IMG/VR virus record: IMGVR_UViG_3300023099_000120
Location: 1-51,168 of that record
Reading direction: 5' to 3' (one strand)
Origin: a virus
Lineage: Duplodnaviria; Caudoviricetes
DNA length: 51,168 nucleotides
Shown: positions 35,571 through 44,639 of the stretch, piece after piece
Numbering within the stretch: position 1 is the stretch's first letter
Layout of the letters: the number at the start of each line of letters is the position of its first letter
Notes under the pieces: generated by a model
The model's input: the letters and a program-made list of their open reading frames with translations, nothing else
Databases searched by the model: none
Told to the model about the DNA's origin: nothing
Made by a program: the position numbers and the translations under genes

Positions 35571-38500
35571 TTCAGACGGTATAATTAGAAGAAAGCAGGT
35601 CATTGAAGATGATGCTCTTAATTGGGGGCCTGAATATGCAAAGCAAACTCAAATTGCTATTGATAAAAACAAAGAGGTTGTACAAGGGATTGTTCAAATT
35701 GCATCTATCCTAAAACAAATTAAAGATGCAACTGGTAATTCTGCTTATACAGCTGCACTTCAACAAGGAATACTGGCTACGCAGAAAACTATACTTAGTC
35801 TTAAGGAGCAGGAAGCAGCTGAGATTTCTCTAAATAGAGTAAGGATTTCTTCAATAGCTTTATCAGAAGCTGAACGAAAGGCAAAATTAGCGATTGAAAA
35901 TGCTGAAAGCAAACTGCAAAAATCAAAGGATGCGTTAATAAAGAAAACTGCTCAAGAGATATATGACCAAAGTGTTCTGACCAGAAATGCTAAGAATTTA
36001 GCAATAATAAATTCTAAATTATCAACTGAATATGAAAAATTAACTGCTAAGAAAAGATTAGCAGCTACTGCACTTCAGAATCTTATAATCGCTGGTAAAA
36101 AGGCAGATGAAACCACGGATCAGTATAACGCTCGATTGAGAAAGGCGCAAGCTGAATTTGATGCGCTTCATAAAAAGGTTGTAGCAGCGAATAGAGCTGT
36201 CAGTATATTTAATGACAATGTTGGTAATTATCCTAAGAATGCTGCGAAAGGGTTACGTGATTTAGTCGAAGCGTTTGGGTTGGTTGTAGGTATTCAAACC
36301 TTTGTAGATATTGCTAAACAAGCTTTCGATATTATAAGAAATTTTGAAGCTGAGATCGTAAACTTAGCTGCTATTGCTGGAAAAAGCCGTGCTGATATTG
36401 CGCCGTTAGAAGCAGATATTAGAGAGGTAGCAAAAGCAAGTATTAACAGTGCAACGGAAGTTGCAAAGTTGGCTACAGAATTAATTAAATTAGGTTCTAC
36501 TCCAGAAGAGGTTTCCAAATTACTTAAGCCGGTTAATGATTTATCTATTGCATTACAAGCAAGCGCTGAGGATAGTGCGACTTTAGTTAAATCGCTTTTG
36601 AATGCCTACCAAGAAGGCGCTGAAAAGGCAACTCACTTTACCGATGTATTAGCAGAAAGTGCAAATAGATCTGCATTAGATTTTGCAGGTTTAAGAGATT
36701 CATTTTCTTATATAGCGCCTGTTTCAAATACATTGGGAATTTCTGTTGAAAAGACAGCTGCCATCATCGGTACACTTACCGATAATGGAATTAAAGCTGA
36801 GAGCGCTGGTCGTTTGATGGCAACTGGTTTGGGGAAACTTGCAAAACAAGGACTTACTCTTGAAGCTGCATTGGCTAAAATCACGACGGCTCAGAAGCAA
36901 AATAAGTCAAGTATGGAAGTGCTTAATATCGCAAACAAGCTATTTGGAGGCGAAGCAGGGAAATTGGCTTTGATTTTGGCAAACAATACAAAAAAAATAG
37001 AGGAAAGCACTTTAGCTTATCAAAATAGTAATGGAGCATTGGCTGAACTTACTGACAAACAATTAAAGTCTTTAAACTCTGAATTAGAAATTCTTTCATC
37101 TGCCTGGGAAGAATATATATTGGATAACAATGAGGCGATTGGAGGAACTAAGGTTATGACCTCAGTTCTTAGCTTTTTAAGTTCTAATTTAAAAGAAATT
37201 ATAGATCTACTTGTGTTTTCCGGAACAATTTGGCTTGCGTATAGATCATCTTTGATTCTTGCTACAGTACAGGCAAAGTTGATGGCATTGACGACTGTGG
37301 AAAATACAGTAGCTACTGCAGCATCGACTGTTGCAACTACGGCATCAACTGTGGCAACAGATGTCAATACTGCTGCTCTTTTATTTCATTTGGAAGGATT
37401 GGAAGCAAATGCGAGTGCACAACTTACAAATGCGACTGCTACCAATACTGCGACAACTGCGACTCAGAAATTTAACGCAGCATTAAAAGCGAATATGCTG
37501 AGCATAATATTAGTTGCGCTTATTGCGGTGATTTACTACTACAATAAATTAACAAAGTCATTTGAACAAAACTATGAAGAGCTTAAAAAAAGCACATCTG
37601 AGTTTCTAAAAAATAAAGCCGTAACAGATAAAAATGCAAAATCAATCAATGATTTGTCTGATAGATATGATGTTTTGAAAGCGAAAACTAAATTATCAAC
37701 TGAGGAACAAAAGGAGCTGAATAAAATAATTGAAATTCTAGCAAAAACAGTACCTGGAGCAACCTCTAAAATGGATAAATATGGAAACGCCATTGCCATA
37801 AATACTGCTAAAACCAGAGAATATGTAGAAGCAAGAAATGAAATGTTTAAAGCGGAAAATGCTGTGAAATTGGATAAAAATATCGCACTGCTGAAAGATT
37901 TAAGGAAGGAACAAGATTATCTAAATGTTTCAAGTGATAAAAATAACGGTTCACTAGTCGAAGGAATTGGATATGTAGTTAAAATGGATGGAGTACTTAA
38001 AAAAAGGGGAAATACTTTTCAAGGCTATATTGATCTAACAAAAGAGGATATTGCTCTTTATGCTCGAAAAAGATTTCAGAATGAGGAAGCTATTGCTAAT
38101 ACAATCGCGCATATAAATGCATTGCGAGGATTAACAGATGAACAAAAGAAAGCAATTGCGTTAAGAGATAAAGAAGCGAAAGATACTGCTGACAATGGGC
38201 CGCGTACAATTGCAATAATTGATGCCGAGATAAAAGCTCAGGAAGATCTCATCGCAACATTATCTGATAAAACTGGTAAAGAAGGAAACGTAATAAAAGC
38301 AAAAATTAAAGCTTTAAATGCTGAACGAGACTTGATTTATAACAATAATAAAGGTCAGGAAAAGGATAATGAAAAACAGATTAGAAAGCAATTAGAGCAA
38401 ATGAAACGTATTCGTGACGCTATTTATAATCTAAATCAGTTTCGGCTACAAAATGCTATTGATATCAATCAGCAGATTCTTGATGATGAAAAGACTTCCA

Positions 38501-39999
38501 GCGAGCTTAAGCTAAATGCCTATATCGAAAATGAACAACTTCGCAAAGAGAAAAATGATGAAACGTTACAGTACGAATTATTTAATAACGCGCTAGAAGG
38601 TAAAGAATTAGAAAAGCTAACAGAGAAAAAGAGAAAGCTTTTCTTCCAGTCAAGTAAAGATCGTGTTGAAGCTATCATCGCCGGTAAAATCGCAACTGAA
38701 GAGATGACCAAATCAGAGTTGCTGATTTTGGAAAAGCATAACGCAGAGAAAAAAAGACTGGAGTACCAGGGAGCAAAAGATCGTCAGAAGATTATTGATG
38801 GTGAAGTTGATCGAGTGAAAAAGCGAATTGACGATGAGATTCTTAAAAAAGAAACTCAAATAAATAAGGCTATTGAGGCAGAGAACAATATGTTTAACGA
38901 AATCAATAAGGCAGAGAATCAATCGCGGAAAGAAAGGGAAATAGCTATTGAAGCGCATGAGCGAAAAATTTATGAGATTAGAAAATCCTTTGCCTTAGAT
39001 GCTTTAAAAGTCCAAATTGATGGTTTGCAAAAGGAATTAGACAAAGAAGCTTCAAGAGTTGATGGTGCAAAAGTTAGCGCTGATGTATTAAAAAAAGTTG
39101 AATTTGATTTACAGAAAGCAAAAACCGATTACTCGGATCTTTCCTATGAACAATATTTAGACCTGAATAAGGACAAAATTGAGCAAGAAAAATATACTGC
39201 TGAAAAGATTTTAGAAGTTTCTAATGAACTTACAAATTCATTGTCTAATCTAACTAACGCGATTTTCGACGCCAAGATTCAAAATATAGAATATGAGCAG
39301 AAAAAAAACGATGAGTATTATGCAAAACAAATTGAGTTAGCTGGTAAAGACGAACGTCAAAAAGATATTCTTCAAAAGGAACGTGATAAAAAGAATGATC
39401 TCTTAGAGAAAAAGAAGCGTAAAGAGCAAGAAAAGCAAGCCATATTTAACAAGGCACTAACGGTTGCTCAAATAGGATTACAGACGGCTTTAGCAATCAT
39501 TACAGCAGCTGCAGCAACTGCACCAACGTTTTGGGGAGTTGCTATTGCGGCCACTATTGGAGCAGTTGAACTTGGAGCAGCTCTGGCAACTCCAATCCCT
39601 AAATACAAAGATGGTCGTAAAGGAGGTCCGAAAGAAGTTGCAATGATCAATGACGGTGGAGTTACTGAGATCGTGGAATCTAAAGATGGATCTGCTAGAG
39701 TGTATTCAGGGAAGAATCGAATTGTTCAACTTTTGGAAGGTGATACTGTACATAAATCCTTTGATGATTATAACAAATTGCAAAGAGCTGCTATGTTGGC
39801 CAGTCTCAACATGGAAGGCAGAAACATGAGCGATTTCCAAGCTTCTCAATATTTTGAAGCTTCTTACGGTAAAGAATTGCTTGAAGAAATGAAATTGACA
39901 AGAAAAGCTATTCAGAATCAGAAACAGCCAGTTTACCACGGACCTAAAATCGATATTCCTCACGCTATTTGGAAATCAAAAAACACTAATTGGAACTAA
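35563..39999 (+). CDS. Tape measure protein (TP901 family)
   Basis: 1478 aa, Ala-rich helical; SATEVA...L.K.G, DVLA.SANRS, L.DNGIKAE.AG. Confidence 0.93.
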   Translation: MASSDGIIRRKQVIEDDALNWGPEYAKQTQIAIDKNKEVVQGIVQIASILKQIKDATGNSAYTAALQQGILATQKTILSLKEQEAAEISLNRVRISSIALSEAERKAKLAIENAESKLQKSKDALIKKTAQEIYDQSVLTRNAKNLAIINSKLSTEYEKLTAKKRLAATALQNLIIAGKKADETTDQYNARLRKAQAEFDALHKKVVAANRAVSIFNDNVGNYPKNAAKGLRDLVEAFGLVVGIQTFVDIAKQAFDIIRNFEAEIVNLAAIAGKSRADIAPLEADIREVAKASINSATEVAKLATELIKLGSTPEEVSKLLKPVNDLSIALQASAEDSATLVKSLLNAYQEGAEKATHFTDVLAESANRSALDFAGLRDSFSYIAPVSNTLGISVEKTAAIIGTLTDNGIKAESAGRLMATGLGKLAKQGLTLEAALAKITTAQKQNKSSMEVLNIANKLFGGEAGKLALILANNTKKIEESTLAYQNSNGALAELTDKQLKSLNSELEILSSAWEEYILDNNEAIGGTKVMTSVLSFLSSNLKEIIDLLVFSGTIWLAYRSSLILATVQAKLMALTTVENTVATAASTVATTASTVATDVNTAALLFHLEGLEANASAQLTNATATNTATTATQKFNAALKANMLSIILVALIAVIYYYNKLTKSFEQNYEELKKSTSEFLKNKAVTDKNAKSINDLSDRYDVLKAKTKLSTEEQKELNKIIEILAKTVPGATSKMDKYGNAIAINTAKTREYVEARNEMFKAENAVKLDKNIALLKDLRKEQDYLNVSSDKNNGSLVEGIGYVVKMDGVLKKRGNTFQGYIDLTKEDIALYARKRFQNEEAIANTIAHINALRGLTDEQKKAIALRDKEAKDTADNGPRTIAIIDAEIKAQEDLIATLSDKTGKEGNVIKAKIKALNAERDLIYNNNKGQEKDNEKQIRKQLEQMKRIRDAIYNLNQFRLQNAIDINQQILDDEKTSSELKLNAYIENEQLRKEKNDETLQYELFNNALEGKELEKLTEKKRKLFFQSSKDRVEAIIAGKIATEEMTKSELLILEKHNAEKKRLEYQGAKDRQKIIDGEVDRVKKRIDDEILKKETQINKAIEAENNMFNEINKAENQSRKEREIAIEAHERKIYEIRKSFALDALKVQIDGLQKELDKEASRVDGAKVSADVLKKVEFDLQKAKTDYSDLSYEQYLDLNKDKIEQEKYTAEKILEVSNELTNSLSNLTNAIFDAKIQNIEYEQKKNDEYYAKQIELAGKDERQKDILQKERDKKNDLLEKKKRKEQEKQAIFNKALTVAQIGLQTALAIITAAAATAPTFWGVAIAATIGAVELGAALATPIPKYKDGRKGGPKEVAMINDGGVTEIVESKDGSARVYSGKNRIVQLLEGDTVHKSFDDYNKLQRAAMLASLNMEGRNMSDFQASQYFEASYGKELLEEMKLTRKAIQNQKQPVYHGPKIDIPHAIWKSKNTNWN

Positions 40000-42260
40000 T
40001 GGGAAATATAAATCCACAATTTAACAACCGTGTTGAATACACCTTAAAAAATAAAAATTTTGGGGAGTTGGTAACTATCGAGCCGATCGGATGGACTGAT
40101 GATGATAAGGAATATTCACGTCATGAAAAGTATGACGGAATAGTCGCTAAGTTTTCCAACTCATTGAAGTTCATCGGTGATGCTGCAGAGTATATTCAAC
40201 TGATTTATGATATCGACGGGATTATGGCCGATGTCGAATTGACTCGAAGAGAGAGACATCCGCAAACTGACGTTTGGACATTGACTTATTCTGGCTTTTT
40301 AGATCTTTCAACCTGGAGTAGAGAAAATAGAGTTCAAGTGATGGTTAAATTCAATTCCGGGGGATTAGAACAGGAACTAAAAGCCAGGGAATCCGAAAGC
40401 GTGGAAGTTGATCGAACTACAACATTTGATGACACTAAGATTCCCGAATTGAATACAATCGATGTTGAATTAGATGGTAGACGAATTTTTCTGCAAACAA
40501 AATTTGCAACTAAGGCAAGTGATAATATAGCAAAATTAAGTAATCAAACAAACGGTAATACTAGAGGTAGTACGATCGCTGTTCCTCTTTCATTGGTAAA
40601 TAAGTCACATGAAAGTGCGCAAGCTCCAGTTCAAGGTGTTTTGGTTGGTGATAATACTTGGGATAGAACAGGAAAAGCAGAACCTGGAAACTTGTTTTTT
40701 GCCATTTCCGATCGTGATCGCGACTTAAAAGTAAGTTTGAAACTTACTTTTAAAGTTAATATTATTTCATTCGACGATGTTAATCATTTCACTTTTTATG
40801 CCAGAATAGGTAAATATAAAGATGGTATTGACTTCAATTTTAAGGAAAATATCATGTTGTTTTCTAAAGATTCTTACTCGACTTTAAATGGAAATACATT
40901 CACGGTAAATTATGATGGAATTATATCAGTTCTAACAGGAGAAAGTTTGCAATTGGTTTTTGATCAAAATTACGATGGTAGGAATGGACATAGTTCACAT
41001 TTGGAAATTACAGTTTCCGATGTTGTTTGTAAAGTTGATATCGACGAAGATAGTTTTCAGGAAAAATCTACAACAAAAGCAATTTTGGCTTATGAATTAG
41101 CTGATCGCTTAGTTACAATTTCAACGAACAAAGAGCGCGTATTTTATTCTAATTATTTTGGTAGAAAAGATTTAGGATATGCAGTTGATGGACCCGGAGC
41201 TTATATTGCTTTTACTCATGGTTTTTGGGTTAGAAAGTTCGACAAGCTTCCGATTCCACAAGAAGAAACTATCACTCAAGATAAAGTTACCAATCTATTT
41301 AAGCCATTGACAACATCATTCAGTGATTTTGCGACTTCTACCACTGCAGTCTTAAATATCGGAATTGGTATCGAAACAATTGATAATAAGGAAGTCGTAA
41401 GAATTGAAGAAAAAAGTTATTTCTATAATCGAAACGTAACTATAAGGCTTCCTAATCAGGTAAAAAATGTAAAAAGAAAAGTAGCTACCGACAAGTATTA
41501 TTCTGCTTTAGAATTCGGCTATGAGAAAGGTGGCGATTATGAAGAAGCGGTTGGACTGGACGAATACAATGTGAAATCTAATTTTTCAACGATCATCAGC
41601 AGACTTAAAAATGTTTATATCCAAATCTCAAAATATAGAGCCGATAGTTATGGAATGGAGTTCGCCAGGAGAAAACCTGTCACATTAAACGATACTGAAG
41701 ATACTTCTTATGATGAAGATATTTTCTGGTTAGACCTGTTTAAGAATCCAATCGGAGGATTTGAACAAAGATTTTGGTTTAATAAATACGATCGAACAAA
41801 GGATGATTTCGAGCAAGCTCCAACTGGTATATTTAGCCCGGAGACAGCCACAAATTTAAGATTCTCACCAGTTAATTGTTTATTGCGACATGGTTGGTGG
41901 ATAGCAGCTTCAGTAATTAAATACGCAACTGATAAATTGAAGTTTGGTTCATCTACTGCAAACAGATTGCTAAAAACAAAGATGATTGGCCGCAATGAAT
42001 ATGCTGAGAATGGTGATATTTTGAATTCAGAATTGCCAACTGCTCGTTTTATTCCGGAGGAAATAGAATTTGAACATATTTGTGATTTTGATGTTCTGCA
42101 ACAGATCAATGGTACCACAACAATCTTAGGTAAAGAAATAATAAATCTATACGGTTTGATTGAATTTATAAATGAAAACGGCGAAAAGGAGAGAGCTTTC
42201 TTCTTGAACATAAAGCCTAACGGAAAAGGTCAGTTTAAAGTTTTAAAACTAAATAGATAA
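39999..42260 (+). CDS. Tail tip/baseplate protein
   Basis: ATG overlaps the TMP stop; IEPIGW..D N-terminus; beta-rich. Confidence 0.7.
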   Translation: MGNINPQFNNRVEYTLKNKNFGELVTIEPIGWTDDDKEYSRHEKYDGIVAKFSNSLKFIGDAAEYIQLIYDIDGIMADVELTRRERHPQTDVWTLTYSGFLDLSTWSRENRVQVMVKFNSGGLEQELKARESESVEVDRTTTFDDTKIPELNTIDVELDGRRIFLQTKFATKASDNIAKLSNQTNGNTRGSTIAVPLSLVNKSHESAQAPVQGVLVGDNTWDRTGKAEPGNLFFAISDRDRDLKVSLKLTFKVNIISFDDVNHFTFYARIGKYKDGIDFNFKENIMLFSKDSYSTLNGNTFTVNYDGIISVLTGESLQLVFDQNYDGRNGHSSHLEITVSDVVCKVDIDEDSFQEKSTTKAILAYELADRLVTISTNKERVFYSNYFGRKDLGYAVDGPGAYIAFTHGFWVRKFDKLPIPQEETITQDKVTNLFKPLTTSFSDFATSTTAVLNIGIGIETIDNKEVVRIEEKSYFYNRNVTIRLPNQVKNVKRKVATDKYYSALEFGYEKGGDYEEAVGLDEYNVKSNFSTIISRLKNVYIQISKYRADSYGMEFARRKPVTLNDTEDTSYDEDIFWLDLFKNPIGGFEQRFWFNKYDRTKDDFEQAPTGIFSPETATNLRFSPVNCLLRHGWWIAASVIKYATDKLKFGSSTANRLLKTKMIGRNEYAENGDILNSELPTARFIPEEIEFEHICDFDVLQQINGTTTILGKEIINLYGLIEFINENGEKERAFFLNIKPNGKGQFKVLKLNR

Positions 42261-42263
42261 GTC

Positions 42264-44291
42264 ATGGCATATTCAAAAATAACAATAATATTCAATTCTG
42301 TACCTAATAGCGGCAGTGTTTATTTTGATGTAGAAAGTATTAATTACTCGGCGTTTGTTCGAGAATCTTTTGTAGCAAAAAGATTAGGATCTTATCAAGT
42401 CGAAAGGCCGAAGCTTGTTTATGATGAAACAACAGGCGAAAGTAAATACAATGGATTTGTTTCTGATTTTTACCGAACAGCATTTAATTTAGATTTTAAT
42501 TCTTCGGGTTTATATACCGTTGAGTCGATTCGCGGAGATATTGGCTCAGGTCTGGGAACCGTAATTATAACAGCCAATTTCTCAGGCGTAGAATTTAATG
42601 ATGAATCGGCATCTGCAGATGTCACTTTTATTATAGAAAATGAACCAGCATTGCCGGATTTCAATATTACGAATGTCAGTTTCTCGCAAAGTTCAAGTAC
42701 GCCATGCCAGAATATAAAAGTAAACGTGACAACGGATCACTTAGCCGCGAAAGTAATTAGCCCGGTTTCCATTAATCCCAACACTAATAATCCCTTTTCA
42801 TTTGATTGGCTGCGTGGTGATACTGTGAATTTGGTTATTGAAGATTCAAACGGACAGCACGTGTCACAAAGTCTCGCACTACCAAGTTTACTGAACGCAA
42901 GTAATTTTGTGATTAACGTAAATAACAGTCCAAATGGTGCAACGGTTGTAATTGAAAATATTAATACATCCGGGTTGAATCTTGAGTATTCTTTAGACAA
43001 TTTAACCTGGCAAACATTAAACACTTTTTCAGGTCTTGACGTAGGTAATTTTACTTTGTATGTTAAGGATCAATTAGGCTGTTCTTTCAGTAAAGCTTTT
43101 TCAGTAAGTGAGTTTGGAATTCAAGTTCCGTATTTCTACATATCGAAAGCAAACGCAATAAGATATGCCAACCGAATTACGTGGGGAGATTCAGCAAATT
43201 ATAAAACAGATGAAAACACATTAAGCTACGAAGTTGATGTCGATGTTCCTTACAAAGAAGTTCAACAATTTCAAAGTGCTGATATTGTTCCAACACAGTT
43301 TAAATCTAATTATAGCAATATTGTAGCGAAAATTATAAAAGAGGATCTTTCAGAAGTTACTATTCCCATCGAAAAGAAAACAAGTAACATTGGTATTAAA
43401 GACAAACGTGATGCAAGGAAATACAATTTAGGTGACGGTAGAACAGGAATATACTTTTTGTCTGGAAACACATATAATTATGATACAAATGCTGTCAGTG
43501 GAACATACTCTTTAAACGGTAATTTGCCAGAATGGGCCATCATTGGTAATTACATTATTGTGGGAACTTCCTGGTTTCTAATTGAGGAAATTGCTTTTGA
43601 TGAAACGAAAAGTGCCGATGTTGTGATCTTCTCACAAAGTTATACCGGACCGGAAATTAATCTTGTTGTCGGTTCTATTTTTAATAGGTTCAACTATGAG
43701 GTTTACGAGTACTACATTGACATGGTTGATTATATTGATCAACATTTCAGTGTTCAGCTTGTGAATTCAGATCCTAATTTTACCACAATTACGCATTTGA
43801 GTGAAGAGATCTGGTGTAAAGTGAAACATGAAGATGTTGTTGAAATTAAATACAGGAATACGACAAATACTGATGTTTTATATGCAACCGGCATTGAGTT
43901 TAAAGTAAGAGTGCCGCTCACTATTCAAAAAGGTGTGCCGGATGAGGACAGTGAAATTCATAAAACGGATACGGATACAATTCTTTTAACTGCAGATTTA
44001 TATGAAGGTGATCAATTTGTTTTTGAACCAACTACGAAAGAAATTTGGAAAAAGAACATGATCGCTTTATCTCATGAAAAAGTCTGGGTAAATGGAGTAG
44101 GATATGTTAAAAACGGAAGCTTTAGCACTGAGGGGCCATTGGAGAAATCAAACCTCTACGTCTTAACTGCAAATATGCTTAAAACAGGAAATGTCTATAA
44201 TTCACAAGGAAGCGGCAATATTGATTTTGATGGAAGTCAAGTTGAGGTACCAGGATTAATTTCGACCGAATCCGGATATGTAAGTTACTAA
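42264..44291 (+). CDS. Tail tip protein with Ig-like domains
   Basis: EYSLD...WQ..NTFSGL..G.FTLYVKD..GC SprB-like repeat. Confidence 0.7.
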   Translation: MAYSKITIIFNSVPNSGSVYFDVESINYSAFVRESFVAKRLGSYQVERPKLVYDETTGESKYNGFVSDFYRTAFNLDFNSSGLYTVESIRGDIGSGLGTVIITANFSGVEFNDESASADVTFIIENEPALPDFNITNVSFSQSSSTPCQNIKVNVTTDHLAAKVISPVSINPNTNNPFSFDWLRGDTVNLVIEDSNGQHVSQSLALPSLLNASNFVINVNNSPNGATVVIENINTSGLNLEYSLDNLTWQTLNTFSGLDVGNFTLYVKDQLGCSFSKAFSVSEFGIQVPYFYISKANAIRYANRITWGDSANYKTDENTLSYEVDVDVPYKEVQQFQSADIVPTQFKSNYSNIVAKIIKEDLSEVTIPIEKKTSNIGIKDKRDARKYNLGDGRTGIYFLSGNTYNYDTNAVSGTYSLNGNLPEWAIIGNYIIVGTSWFLIEEIAFDETKSADVVIFSQSYTGPEINLVVGSIFNRFNYEVYEYYIDMVDYIDQHFSVQLVNSDPNFTTITHLSEEIWCKVKHEDVVEIKYRNTTNTDVLYATGIEFKVRVPLTIQKGVPDEDSEIHKTDTDTILLTADLYEGDQFVFEPTTKEIWKKNMIALSHEKVWVNGVGYVKNGSFSTEGPLEKSNLYVLTANMLKTGNVYNSQGSGNIDFDGSQVEVPGLISTESGYVSY

Positions 44292-44298
44292 AAGAAGA

Positions 44299-44322
44299 AA
44301 GCCTCTAATTACTTAGAGGCTT
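44299..44322. terminator. Hairpin between convergent genes
   Basis: AAGCCTCTAA/TTAGAGGCTT. Confidence 0.7.
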
Positions 44323-44327
44323 CAATA

Positions 44328-44531
44328 TTATTTGTTCAAATCTTTAAACTGTTTTCCATCAACATGAACACTTCTGTTGTCATGATAATGATGGTGATGT
44401 ACAATTGTTGTTGAATTATCAACGTATTTCTTCGTGTCATCTCTATCAGGGAAAAGAGCATTACCAATGCCTTTGCCGATCATCCAACATCCACCCACAA
44501 CAACAAAAAAAAGTACAATTATAAATCCCAT
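44328..44531 (-). CDS. Small His-rich membrane protein (moron)
   Basis: N-terminal TM, HHHHYHD..VH; TAAATTTG at 44536-44543 only 4 nt from the ATG. Confidence 0.75.
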   Translation of the reverse strand: MGFIIVLFFVVVGGCWMIGKGIGNALFPDRDDTKKYVDNSTTIVHHHHYHDNRSVHVDGKQFKDLNK

Positions 44532-44575
44532 AAAGCAAATTTATTAAATATTAATCTTTTAGCTAGTTCAAATTG

Positions 44576-44618
44576 TTATTTAGAATGATTCTAAATAGAA
44601 TAATATTTTTTACATTTG
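44576..44618 (+). promoter_or_regulatory. Tail-fibre/lysis promoter with Fur-box-like palindrome
   Basis: TATTTAGAATGATTCTAAATA (44577-44597) and TACATTTG (44611-44618). Confidence 0.75.
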
Positions 44619-44639
44619 TTGGATAAAATATTCATTATC

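Noticed and set aside
37290-37470. GCA/ACT-rich repeats in the tape measure gene
   Set aside because: Ordinary Ala/Thr low-complexity coding sequence, not a CRISPR array or regulatory repeat
36294-42211. Minus-strand ORFs inside the tape measure and tail genes, and similar shadow ORFs elsewhere
   Set aside because: Antisense shadows of long coding genes, with no promoters or recognisable motifs
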